This document shows positions 23,273 to 35,899 of a stretch of DNA of 64,000 bases, piece by piece (the stretch's first letter is position 1; every line of letters begins with the position of its first letter). Source of the stretch: Octopus sinensis (Eukaryota); contig NC_043006.1 of assembly GCF_006345805.1 (NCBI RefSeq), forward strand, positions 51,646,001-51,710,000, written 5' to 3'. Both the position numbers and the translations under genes were made by a program. The notes under the pieces were generated by a model, which saw only the letters and a list, made by a program, of their open reading frames with translations, had not been told where the DNA came from and made no database searches.

Positions 23273-26266
23273 CAAAGGTGGGTACCCTTAGTTGAAAAGT
23301 TAACTTCGTTAACCATTAATCCATTAACCAAAAAGTTAACTTCAGTAACTGTTAATCAGTTAATTCTTTAAAAATGTAATGTAAGTTATCAATAAACCCT
23401 TAAAATTAATTTTTATCATAGAAAAAACAAAAACAAAAAATCACTTTTTGCTCGAAAGCCACACATAAAAACACCTTTAAAAAGTGCCAAAACTATAAAA
23501 TCAGCCTTTTTTTTGGCCTCTTTAGGGGCTTTAGAACCGAAAGACTATAATTTTTTTGTTTTAGAATTAAAAATGCTAATTTTATAGTTTTAACTTTTAG
23601 AAGACCTAAAAAAGGCTAATTTCATAGTTTTGGCTCTTTTTTAGGTTTTTAAAGGCTTTTAGAGTCAGAAAAGGGTAAAAAAACTCAAATGTAACAATAT
23701 TAGTATTAAATGTTTATTGATAAAGCGACCTTGATGTTGTCATACAACCAGATGAGGTGAAACGGGTGGAAGGCAGCAGCCAGCTGGTATTCCTCATCCT
23801 CCAGGAGGGTCCTAACCTTTTGTCAATGCCTGCAAAAAGTGTGTTGACTAAGGGGCTGCAGTAGATGAGGCACTTGGACTTCAAATTGTCGCAGCTGCTA
23901 TTGGCACAGAGTCTCAAGGTAGGCTTGTTTCTTCCCCTGGATCTTGTCGAGTGCTTTAGCCTCAGGTGATATGACCTGGAAATAAAATAATGGAGAACTA
24001 GCAGTATCGCCCGGCATTGCTCGGGTTTGTTTCGACCCTTTAGAATTGGAATTTTTGAAAAGTAAAATTTTTGCATTATGTAGCTTGTTATTCTCTTTAA
24101 GTGAATATTCTTTTGGTTGAAATACACCAAAAAATGGCGACACAGCAGTCCAAATATTGTAAAAAATAGGGATTTTCATAGAGAAAAAACACTTTTTTGA
24201 TGTAAATAATTTTTGATGTTAACGTGGTCCGATTTGAATTTTTTCTTCTATGGAAGGAAGAGCAAGCCTTCTTCTATCATACTCTCAATTTTGGTCAACT
24301 TGCGCCACAGGGTCTCAGAGGAGATAGTGTTAGTTGAAGGCTACCAAACCTGCCATACACAGACAACTTCAGCTTTATATATGTAGAGATTAGCAAATTT
24401 TAGAAATTCAAATTTGTAAGGAAACAGGCTAGTAAAAAATATATTGTCAAATCAAATGTCAATATTTATTTTATAATTTAGTATATATAATATTATTTTA
24501 GTATTATATTCATCATCATCATCATCATCATCATTTAACGTCCGTTCTCCATGCTAGCATGGGTTGGACGGTTCGACCGGGGATCTGGGAAGCCAGAAGG
24601 CTGCACCAGGCTCCAGTCTTATCTGGCAATGTTTCTACAGCTGGATGCCCTTCCTAACATAATATGATATGTGTTTTGAAGGATTTATAATATAATATGT
24701 GTCTAGAAGCTGAAGTTCATCAAAGTGTTCCGAATATTACATACTGGTTCTACCAATAGCTTGTGCACAAGTGATTGCTGCAGCCACTAAAATATAATAT
24801 TATAAGATACATTTAGTAACAGAGTGTCGTAAGCACCACCCCAGCCATTTTTGAGGTTTGTATATCATTTTCTTTGTCTCACCGTCTAGAATCCGAAAAA
24901 GTTGGGAGGAAGGACTGGTAAGGTTTGCAATAAGGTCGAAAATCCGACTGAAAAAATTTGCACCTTGACACTATTGACATGACTCTTGCTCACCCAAACT
25001 CGGACCAGAGAGTTTAGTAAAGCACCATCCTAAGCACACATGCTCAATCAATAACTTTGGTGAGATCCCTGTATCAATTTTGAGGTGTTATGGCTCATTT
25101 TCTAATATTCCTCATTACCATCATAATGACAATGGGCTATTATCTTGTCTTACTTACCTATTAAAGATACTTCCCTGGGTATATTAAAACTCAAGCAATA
25201 CCTTTGAGGGTCTGTTTTTTCTAGGTATTATGGCTAAAATATGCAATGTGATACACTGTTTTGTAGTACCTGTATATTCTACAAAATGAGTAAGACGCAG
25301 TCATTGTTTCAGCTTTCAGATACATACATATTTTTTCATTGTTTCAGCTTTCAGATACATACAAAATAATTTTTACATAGGTTGAGTAATTAGAGGAGGT
25401 TTTCACGGTCATTTTAAGACCAAAACCAGCTCCCTAACTTCATTCCTTGCCAAGATATCGTATTCTGAAAGTTGTGAAACTTTGTGTTTTTCTTGGTTTT
25501 TAAGTTGTGGCGCTTATGATGGTCTGTTACTAAACGCCTCATATATAATATATATATTGTAATAATATGATATAATATTATTTTATTAATAATTTATTAC
25601 CTTGTGTGTTGGGGACAACCAGCCTCCTCTCCACCTCAGCATAGATGCTGTCTGCTGCTACAGTGCTATGATCTTGCTGGTTCCAGAAGGCATGTGCCTT
25701 GGCCATGGCAGCCCTGTAGGGCCTCTTGAACATTCCACTCTGCAATGCAGCATCTGCATTCCTTGCTGGCCACTAGGCTGAAGGTATGGGCAACACACCT
25801 CATGTGTGCTGGCAGGTTGATGGGATTGCCAACGACCGTGTCGACATCGTCAGGCTTAGCCACACGCACAGCCACGAAGTCTTCCAGGGAGACACACTCT
25901 AACTCCTGCTCATCCACAGAGTAGACTCAGCAGCATCATCAGGTCTGGCAGTCTGTCTGCCTCTGCTCCAAACTGGACAAAGGCCTTCACAAAGTTGCTA
26001 CCATTGTCTGTGGTAGTCCTGGAATAGAAAGACAAGTTTTTTTAAATAAAATTATGATTATGAAATATTACAATTATCTGAAAATAATAGAAACTTTTAA
26101 ATGTTTACTGGTTTTTACCAAATTTTTGGGTTAGTGGACTTGAGTTAACAGAAGTTAATTAGTCTGATAATGATTTCCAAAGTTAACCTAAAAGTTAAAT
26201 CGTTAAAGAAAATGTTAACTTTGTTAATTAATGATTAACAGAAAACTGGTTTGGTGCCCAGGTTTG
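23273..26266 (-). mobile_element. hAT (Ac/Tol2-like) DNA transposon with intron-split transposase remnants
   Basis: TIRs caaaggtgggtacc / ggtgcccaggtttg. 8-bp TSD gtttttac / gtttttat. Subterminal gttaac repeats. Exon remnants ~25602-26019 (TTDNGSNFVKAF, HMRCVAHTFSLVA) and ~23735-23975 (AKALDKIQG, YCSPLV, AAAFHP). Confidence 0.88.
23998..24389 (-). mobile_element. Non-autonomous Helitron nested in the hAT
   Basis: Minus-strand 5' TCTCTACATATATAAAG, 3' cccgagcaatgccggg hairpin + CTAG, A|T target. Confidence 0.8.
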
Positions 26267-26705
26267 GTTTTTATCCACACCAAAACAGGTGGGAAGCTCT
26301 TCAGTTTGGCGTGTCTTTATGCATTCACCAAAATCAAGGAAATGTATGTTAGGGAGCTTTTCTACACAGATGAGTCAGCATTTATGGCCAGCAATGTTGA
26401 GGACATGCAAAACATTGTGGACCAGTCTTCTTGTGCAGCAGACTTCAAGATCAATACTTCAAAAACTGACCTGCTCTACCAGCTCCCACCATGCCTAATA
26501 GATTGAGAGAGCCTGAGCCTCTGACATATATGGAGAGCCCCTAAAGTACACTGAGCCCTTTATCTCAGTTACACAGTGACTTGTACAAACTCTTCTGACC
26601 TCAAAGTTGAAAGGTGAATATGTTTTGCCACAAAGGATTTTGGTTCTCTTTGTAAGGGTCTATAGGACTGCCATGACATTGCCCACAGAACAAAGATACA
26701 TACAT

Positions 26706-26741
<36 letters not shown>

Positions 26742-26982
26742 CAAAGTGAGTTTGGAGGGACATATTATCCAGGTGGATTTCGTATTAGCTCTCAGTTAAG
26801 TTTCAGTTAATGGCTAACCACAACGATCACTATCTAATGTTTGTGACTACACTTAGTTGTTAGTCACATCGTGAATTCTTCTAATGGGTAATTCCTTGTA
26901 CTCTTCACTGGACAGTAAGCATTGTCTGGTGTGTATTTTGATATTAATAATAGTCTCCATATTCTTTATTATTATTATTAAT

Positions 26983-27046
<64 letters not shown>

Positions 27047-27407
27047 CCTACACACATATCTATACACACACACACACAATTTACAAGATAAGATATAAAT
27101 AGTGGTCATTACATATTTTTCCTTTATAAGAGTAAATTTAACTTACATCTGTTTCCAATAGTTATTATAGGTTTGTTACTGATAGGTTTCTCAATTGGTC
27201 TATTGATTAGTTTGACTGGGAGTGCAATCATAAATTGACAATTATAGAATGGTGATGAACTATAACCTCAGACTCTACCATGGAGTTTTTTGCTAATCCA
27301 AACAATATTGTTAGCCTAGTGTGCCAACAGAGAGCTTATGAAGTATTTTGCCTGGATTGATAATCTCTCATCAATAACTATATATCATTATTTATTTATT
27401 TATTTTG

Positions 27408-27440
<33 letters not shown>

Positions 27441-29181
27441 ATTAATTCACATATATATACATACATAATTTCAGTGGGTCAGATGGAATTTCATTGTCCC
27501 AGTTTTTCTATGCTCAGATAATTTTTCTGTTGCTAACCCTTACTGTGAATATTATCTGGCACAATATTCTGGAAAATAAAGTAATCATGGTACATAGTAT
27601 AGCAGAGTAATAGATCTTTGTGTTCTGTTTCAGTGCTATATATACTACAGAATATATCTATAGATTTTAGCTAGTACTGTCTCCAGGGACAGTCAAACAA
27701 TTGAAGATTCTACTCAGGTTCACAAGATGGAAACTAGTTTAACTGATCTCTCTTTTTATGTCCATGAAGGTGTATATAAAACAAGGTATTTATCTCTATA
27801 TGTATATGCAGTATTAGCTATTTATATATTCTGTAATAAAGTATAGAATAGTGTAAGAATTATATTATATGTACAAAATGTAAGAATCTGTACCAATATA
27901 GTTTGGAATAGCATAACCTATACACTAATGTACAAGTATAGGATTCTATATCAACAGAGTAGTAAAAAAGGAGAGGATATTATATGTACATTGTATAGGA
28001 TATTATATTAATTTAGCATAGAATATTGTATGTATTCTGTACAAGACATTACATATACAAAATATAAACTGGTATTCTGTCCAGATGATTTATCTTTCAT
28101 CTGTGTGCACCATCATAGGAATCAGCTGATCATTGTGGTCTGTGGAAGTAATATCCGTTTCTATGTCATAATATACTTTATTACAACAACTGAGACTCTG
28201 TTGGTTTTAATGATGAGGTTTCCAGTTGATCCAATCAACGAAACAGCCTGTTCCTGAAATTAACTTGCAAGTGGCTGAGCACTCCACTGACACATGTATC
28301 CTTAACATAGTTCTGAGGGAGATTCAGTATGACTCAGAGTGTGACAAGGCTGGCCTACTCATTTTTGCTAGCTGAGTGAACTGGAGTAACAAGAAATAAA
28401 GTGTCTTGCTGAAGGATAAAACTCACCACCAGTTATTGAACTCATGACCTTACAATTGTGAGCTGAATACCCTAACTGCTAAATATACATATGATACTGG
28501 ATATGACATACCCTGCTTATATGTTACAATGTTACAATCAAAGACAATTTTCTGGTAAGTCAATCATCAAGGGAGCCTCTATGCTATTGCTTGATCTGCT
28601 AGAAATAGCAGTCAAATTTATTTAAATCATACACTACCTCATTAGAAAAAACATTAGATAATGTGAACCTAAATATACTCTGCTGAGGAAACATTAGATG
28701 ATCTCAGTTGGAATTATTTAAATCATGCATCTACACAATCAGGGATCACCTGGGGCTATATAGCAATTAACCTGGTATGAAACAACAGCAAAGTCTCTAT
28801 ACAGTCACTTGGTTTGTTAGTAATAGCAGCCAAATCTATTTCAAATCACATTCTACTATTTGAAAAGAAAATGGGCTGATGACTTTTGGAACATTTTTGA
28901 TCACAGACCTCTTTGATCAAAAGCAGTCAATACTTAAAATCTTGACCAAAAAATACAATTTCACCAACAGTATCTCTCTTTTCTAGTTTAAACAAAAACA
29001 GCCAATACTTAACAATTTCCTTACTATTTGTCTAGTTAACCAAGGATATCCCAACATCAGTCCAACCTTCACAACAACTATAGTAACAACAATATTTACT
29101 ATTCAGTATATCTATGTAAATTAATCTTTTCCCTTAGTCAAAAGACTGCGTTTCATACAAAATTTATTTTATTCTTTTTAG

Positions 29182-29252
29182 AAAGCCCTTTTGGCAACAT
29201 GGAAAAAACATTTACCTATTTCAAAGACCTTCTCATATGTCACAGTGTTTGC
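29182..29252 (+). CDS. CFAP119: CFAP119 gene A exon 5 (ESPFGNMEKTFTYFKDLLICHSVC)
   Basis: ttctttttag|...TGC|GTAAGT, 71 nt. Resembles [22 protein letters not shown]. Confidence 0.93.
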
Positions 29253-29984
29253 GTAAGTTAAAATCCTTTTATTTTATATGTATCATACATAGACACTGTC
29301 CGCAATACAGATCATACTGTGATATTCCCTATAAAATATCACACACTATGACACTCGCTCTAATATATTCTTTGGTGTCTTTGTGAGTTAAACCACTCTG
29401 TATTATATTTCAAAGTGACTGAAAGTTACACTACCTGTGATATATGTCTCACTGTCTATGATATGTAATACATATGATACTGGATATGACATACCCTGCT
29501 TATATTTCTCAAACGGTCTATTACATTCCTTCTAATGCATGTCATGGTGACTATATCACATCCTTTAACATATAAGCACACTGTCTGTATAATTTACACA
29601 ACATCTTAATGTATGCTACAGTGTCCATATATATTATGTGGTGGTATATGACTATCCCATTGATATATGTCTTACTACCTGTGACAGATCCTCTAATATA
29701 TGTTGCATGATTTATATGGATTATTCAATGACAGGTATCCCTCTGAAATATATTACAGTCCTATGTTCCTCCATTGAGTGACACAGCAGGTACATTAATT
29801 TTCCTTTTCTGACACAATCTCATTCTGCCAGATTATACAGTTTATACACAATCTCATTCTGCCAGTCACATTATTTATATCTGTACAACTCATTTACAAA
29901 TATTTGTCAGTGTTTATAAATATGTGTGTTTGTTTACACCTCTATGTGTATGTATGTATATATATATATCTTAAAGTGGGCATG

Positions 29985-30515
29985 TCTTAACTGCCGAGTC
30001 TCAATATCCACAGCAAAGGCCAGCTACTGAAACCAACTTTCCTCCTTCAGTTCCTCTGTATTCTGGCCTTCATTCCTAAAAACAAAATAGTTTCTTTTCT
30101 CAAATGGAATCTTTTCAATACTTTATAGCACGATAACCAACGTATTTCAGCGTATTATTGAACATCAGTAAAATCACACTCCACATCTTCCAACAATTGG
30201 CTGAACTGACGATGGTTCAATGCTCAGCCATGGATATAGTTAACTGTCTTTGTAAGTAATTTGATAACATGATCCAGTTTTTAAATCTTTTAACACAAGT
30301 TTTGCTGATGAATGAAACCATGGAAATGGGCAAATATTGAATTTGGGCATGTGCTTTGAATCTTTGTCTGTAACTTGACATCAACACTGTTATGTGTACC
30401 AGCCATGTTTGCAGCATCATCAATAGCTAAACAAACAAGCTTTGCCAAATTAAAATTATGTTCATGCAGAACTTGTTGCACTTTTTCAAAAATGTTCTGA
30501 CTTGTAATGTCATGC
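29985..30515 (-). mobile_element. hAT Charlie/SPIN-type transposase remnant
   Basis: LVCLAIDDAANMAG, FHGFIHQQNLC, NHRQFSQLL, EIRWLS motifs. Confidence 0.8.
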
Positions 30516-30569
30516 ATTGGTACCTGTTGTATGAGGGAACTGTAATGCAGGGAAATAAGAACGAATTCG

Positions 30570-31730
30570 CCTACCTTCTTGTCGTTTTGCTGTCCAGCTG
30601 TATTCAATCCAAAACTCGTGCCCAGCCCATGCACCTAATGATAGCAGCTGCTAGTACCTATCCCTATCAGCTCACTCACCTCATGTCCGTTTGTTGTGAA
30701 CCCCCAAGGCAAAAGAGGATGACCCTGGTCTTTCTTTCCTCATGTCCTCTCTTGTCCTTCCTGTTCCATTCAAGCCCCTTGACTGTTGATGTCACAGCCT
30801 TTTCCTTCTGGCTCATTTCATTTCCACCCACTCCGCTGATCTCAAAGATCACCTCCTCACTTTACTCCACATCAAAATCTGCCACCCACCCAGGTTGATA
30901 CCTCTCATGCTGTGATCTTCATTGAAAAGTAGTCTCATTCTCTTCTTCTCGCCCATCTTTGTTGTCTGACAAAGTGACAATCCTGTGAACATCCAAGACA
31001 TGACGTGGTATTCCATCTACAGAAATGTTATTTTTGGAGTTAACAGCCACCACTGTTCCTCTTTTCCACTGAAATGTGCAGCTTGCCTTTGGGGGCTTGA
31101 TCCAGACTTCATATCCCACCTCCGCGAAGACAGGCTCTCTCTCTTCCACAGATCATTCTGATGGTTTACTTGGATGCCACCATTCATATCTGAACATCGC
31201 TCTGTGTGGCACGGACTCTTCAGTCTATCCTGATTGAGGCGACGTATTGTACCAGAACACTGCTTCAAGTGGCAAGATGTGCCCCCCCCACCATACTTGA
31301 TCGTTCAATTATGTCTTTCCACAATTCCATTTCCACTTGGCCTGTAAACTACTCTGAAGAAATGGTGTACATTCCACTTATCAAGCATCTCCGTCAGTGT
31401 CTCTGAACGAAATGTAGTGCTGTTTTCCATTAGCAATTCATCCTCAGGGCCCTGCTTGTCTGCAGTACCTGTCTTCAATTCCCTCCAAATGGCCATCCGA
31501 CCTGGCCCACAGTCGACCATCGAGAGATATGTCCCCTGCTGGTAGTGTGTCACATCCACTGCCAATCGTCTCCAGTTATGCTCTACTGAGATGTTTCTCT
31601 GCTCATGCACATCCAGAGCAGGGTCAATGAATTGACACCTATCACAATTCCTGACCATCTTTTGAATGCTCTGCCAAGTGACATTGGTGTCAATCCTCCT
31701 GGCAACATTCAGTAAGACTGCACTATTACA
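30570..31730 (-). mobile_element. Gypsy/Ty3-like integrase region fragment
   Basis: VRNCDRCQ zinc motif, WRRLAVDVTHY, YRPSGNGIVERHN, then a C-terminal VWIK...GTVV module. Confidence 0.8.
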
Positions 31731-31734
31731 CATG

Positions 31735-32050
31735 GCTCTAGTAACACAAGAATGGATGGCTGAAAATTTTCATGATCACATAACCCCTAACATTTGGCCT
31801 CCTAATTCCCTAGATTGCAATCCATTGGACTATTACATGTGGAGCATTCTTGAGAGAAAGGTCAGTGAATATGCCCATAATACTAAAGATTCTTTGAAAG
31901 CTGCCATAATCAAGAGTAATGTCCAAAATGAATCAGGACCACTCATATAGAAGCAGTTGTTGAAGCTGAAGGTGACTTTATTGAATAACATTATAAAAAA
32001 GAAGGTTTATTTTTATCGTCATAGCATTTTTGATAAATAAAGTTATCTGT
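31735..32050 (+). mobile_element. Tc1/mariner (maT/DD37D-like) transposase 3' remnant
   Basis: WPPNSLDCNPLDYYMWSILERKV...SLKAAI. Confidence 0.75.
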
Positions 32051-32639
32051 TTTTTTATAAACATAAATCTGTCCTTGGTCCTCAGATATCTTATTTTATA
32101 TTGGCCTCCGCATAAGTGATCAGGTTCCTTTCTGTGCTTATAATTTAGCTAAAGGATAGTACTCCAGTTTTCCCTTTACTTACACTGGAAAATCGGGTTA
32201 ACTAGGTAAAATTAATGTTTTGATATGGATAATGTTGTCCTGTCATTGTGATACTAAGTAAGGTGTGCAATTGTTGTAGTAGTTGTTGTTTGACTCCAAG
32301 TAATCATCGATCCATCTGACATAATGAAAAGTGTTCCAACTTATTAGACATGGTGTATCTATGACTACATTTCTCAATATGGTCATTTTCTAGGATAGTA
32401 GAGTGGAATCTAAGGAACATTGGCCTCTATTTCGAACAATTTGTGTGAGTTTTTAACCTTTCTTACCATCTGAGTAAAAGAATGCATTAGATAATTACTC
32501 TAGATACACCCTGTATGAATAACAGATGGAATGGCCATAGCTGGAACACCTTCGATTATAGGTCTACTTGATCAGATCTAACCTGAACTAAACAACAAGA
32601 ATAACTGGCCACCAGTCATTTATTGGTTTCTATTTGTAG

Positions 32640-32756
32640 CGTCCACCATACAGCACTGAACTGTTTTCAATAAAGGATGTTAGGAAAATAGCCTGTTATA
32701 TGACAAATACATATTTTAGACACTTTAAACTCTACAAGTATGTATTCACTTCCCAG
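32640..32756 (+). CDS. CFAP119: CFAP119 gene A exon 6 (RPPYSTELFSIKDVRKIACYMTNTYFRHFKLYKYVFTSQ)
   Basis: tatttgtag|...CAG|GTAAGT, 117 nt. Carries the family signature RPP.S..LF...NTYFRHFKLYKYVFT. Confidence 0.96.
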
Positions 32757-33214
32757 GTAAGTTTATTTTTTTACATATATATAAGCTCTTCTCTTTATCT
32801 TCTGATGCCTTCTAAATACCTCAAATATATTCCCTACCATGGCAAGATATGAACAGTTGTCCAATTGGCCTGCAGGATTATAATCCTAACAACTTGACCA
32901 TCAATAACAATGCCATCAACAGCCAAAGAAATCAGCTCTGATAGTAGCCTGGAAATTAGAATGTTGTTTAGCTCTTGATCAGCTGTAATCTCAAAGAGCT
33001 ATAATCAAAGGTAACCAACTTGTTATTTTCTACAATACTACACTATTTAATGTGTCATCCACATTTGAGGAATATTTGGTTGCAATTTCTTGCAGGTGGA
33101 ATGACTTATATCGAAGCTCCTTGGTGTTGTTGATATACACCAAACAGTAGACTGCTGTCTTTCAGACTAATGTTACAGCATCTGTATAAGTATTAATATT
33201 ACATAGAACTAGAA

Positions 33215-33510
33215 GGTGGTAAGCTGGCAGAATCATTAGCATACTGGACAAAATGCTGCTAAGCATTTTGTCTGTCTTTGTGTTCTGAGTTAAGATTCTG
33301 CTGAGGTCAACTTTGCTTTTCATCCTTTCGGTGTTGATAAAATAAGTACCAGTTGTGCACTAAGTTCGATGTAATCAACTTAACTCCTCCCAAAAATTGC
33401 TGATTTTCAGGATAGATAAAATAAGTACCAGTTGAGCACTGGAGTCGATGTAATTCACTTACCAACACCCTCAAAATTGCTGGCCTTGCTCCAAAATATG
33501 AAACCAGTGT
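33215..33510 (+). mobile_element. tRNA-SINE (Meta-like), partially duplicated
   Basis: ggtggtaagctggcagaatcattagc head; gataaaataagtaccagtt occurs twice. Confidence 0.8.
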
Positions 33511-33752
33511 TACATTGAACTAGATTTGCCTATATGACATTTGTAGTAAATATTTTTCTTTTCCTTTTAGCCAATAGGTTAGTTAGGCTACCACTGACAT
33601 GTTCCTTTTGAAGTATTGTATATTTAGTGTAAGGTGTATGTCAGATTTTGTGTGCGTATTATATATATTGTCCATGCATCATGTATTCGAAAAACAAGCA
33701 CACTCTAATGAATAGATCAGTAATATATTTACATGTGGTTAAATATATTTAG

Positions 33753-33818
<66 letters not shown>

Positions 33819-33821
33819 TTT

Positions 33822-34128
33822 TTTTTTCACCCTTTTCAAGCCTAGCCAGGCTCATGGACTCGGTTTCCTGGTTTCTGTGGCGTATGTGTTCCCCCCAGCT
33901 GGACGGGACGCCAGTCCATTGCAGCATTACTCAAGAAACAGGAAGAAAGAGTGAGAGAAAGTTGGGGCTAAAGAGTATAACAGGGGTCACCACCACCCCC
34001 TACTGGAGCCTCGTGGAGCTTTTAGGTGTTTTTGCTCAATAAACACACACAACACCCGGTCTTGGAATCAAAACTGCGATCCTCCAACCGCGAGTCCGCT
34101 GCCCTAACCACTGGGCCATTGCGCCTCC
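33822..34128 (-). mobile_element. Young tRNA-derived SINE
   Basis: Minus-strand head ggaggcgcaatggcccagtggttagggcagcggactcgcgg...gttttgattcc and A-rich tail. Confidence 0.8.
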
Positions 34129-34148
34129 ATATATATATATATATATAT

Positions 34149-35040
34149 AAGAAAATAGTAAAGCAATACAAGAGTATTGCTTTCCAGTAAAGGATAGCCC
34201 GTGAGGGTAAAATTATACATAAAAGTAAATAAATGGCACAACGAAGTACCAATATTTACTGGAAAATAGCGAACGTAATAAATACGATGCTAATGTATAG
34301 CTTCACTGCGTATGTACTAGCAAAAATGCGTGTGTGCAACAAACATGAAAAAATTGTCTTACCTCTAGGGAGAACATCTGAAAAATGAAATACCTAGAAA
34401 TGGATAATGCGGTACCGGTTTCAGATTTTTCAAAATATGTCTGCTCACATATATTTGATTTATCCTCATCAGCCACATATACCTCGACAATATTTCAAAT
34501 GTTGCCACATCTATGCCAGTACACTCGACTGAACGCCAAAACGTTGACAGAACGAGAACAGTGAAGAAGTTTCAAAGAAAATAGTAATGCAATACGAGAG
34601 TATTGCTTTCCAGTAAAGGATAGTCCGTGAGGGTAAAATTACTGGAAAGCAATACTCTCGTATTGCATTACTATTTTCTTTGAAACTTCTTCACTGTTCT
34701 CATTCTGTCAACGTTTTGGCGTTCAGTCGAGTGTACTGGCATAGATGTGGCAACATTTGAAATATTGTCGAGGTATATGTGGCTGATGAGGATAAATCAA
34801 ATATATGTGGGCAGACATATTTTGAAAAATCTGAAACCGGTACCGCATTATCCATTTCTAGGTATTTCATTTTTCAGATGTTCTCCCTAGAGGTAAGACA
34901 ATTTTTTCATGTTTGTTGCACACACGCATTTTTGCTAGTACATACGCAGTGAAGCTATACATTAGCGTCGTATTTATTACGTTCGCTATTTTCCAGTAAA
35001 TATCGGTATTTGTTGTGCCATTTATTTACTTTTATATATA
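34149..35040. repeat. ~400-bp-arm palindrome (34214-34616 / 34639-35040) with a 22-nt loop, in (TA)n
   Basis: Arms are near-perfect reverse complements. The centre (34575-34641) is duplicated at 34149-34215. Confidence 0.92.
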
Positions 35041-35043
35041 TAT

Positions 35044-35075
<32 letters not shown>

Positions 35076-35082
35076 ATATATA

Positions 35083-35375
35083 TCATCATCATCATCATTG
35101 TTTAACGTCCACTTTCCATGCTAGCATGGGTTGGACAGTTTGACTGAGGGCTGGCAAACCAGATGGATGCACCAGGCTCCAGTCTTGATCTGGCAGAGTT
35201 TCTACAGCTGGATGCCCTTCCTAACATCAACAACTCCAAGAGTGTAGTGGGTGCCTTTACGTGCCACTGGCACGGGGGCCAGCCAGGCGTTACTGGCAAT
35301 GACCTCACTCGAATCTTTTTACACATGCCAACGGCACAGGAGCCAGTAAGGCGATGCTGGTAACGATAGGCAATG

Positions 35376-35380
<5 letters not shown>
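35083..35380 (-). mobile_element. RTE 3'-end fragment with (CAT)n tail; others at 24510-24660, 43990-44325(+), 50315-50660(+), 50995-51250, 55392-55515, 57390-57680 and 57950-58140
   Basis: catcatcat-ttaacgtcc-ttccatgctagcatgggttgg...ctacagctggatgcccttcctaa. Confidence 0.85.
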
Positions 35381-35409
<29 letters not shown>

Positions 35410-35899
35410 CACTAAATCATAAATCCAAAAGAGAAGCATACTCTGAGTTATAGAACAGTAGAGTATTTAGAAAATGTTAGTTATGGCCAGTTCATAGGGT
35501 GAGACAGTAAGCAGCTTTCATGAATATGTAGAAGTGCAGCCTGCCAAATAGCTATTTCACACAAACCATGTGGTCTTTGCAAAAGACCACATCATCATCT
35601 GATGATGATATATATAAAGATATCTTGTAGTATATATCTAGTGCAGTGTATATGTTGTACAGTTCACATTACCAGGACAAAATTCCACATAAATGTAAGA
35701 CTTTGTTAGCTCAAGTGAGTTCCAGCATCTTTGAGTATATAGAAAGATGTGAACATTTTGACTTGACTATCTCTAAATTGGATATTTTGTATGTGAAAAC
35801 TCCCTATGTAGTTTTTGCTAGATATTCATTAGCTACTTGGCAAAGAGGCCAAGAGAACTATTGGATGAGTTTTCTAAAGGGTTTGAGAAGCTGAAAAGA

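Larger units (their letters stand above)
23030..26690 (+). mobile_element. RTE-BovB-like LINE RT fragment split by the hAT element (23030-23272 and 26267-26690)
   Basis: GVKQGCMLAPALFSLY on the left; IHTKTGGKLFSL...VRELFYTDESAFMA...KINTSKT on the right. Confidence 0.8.
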
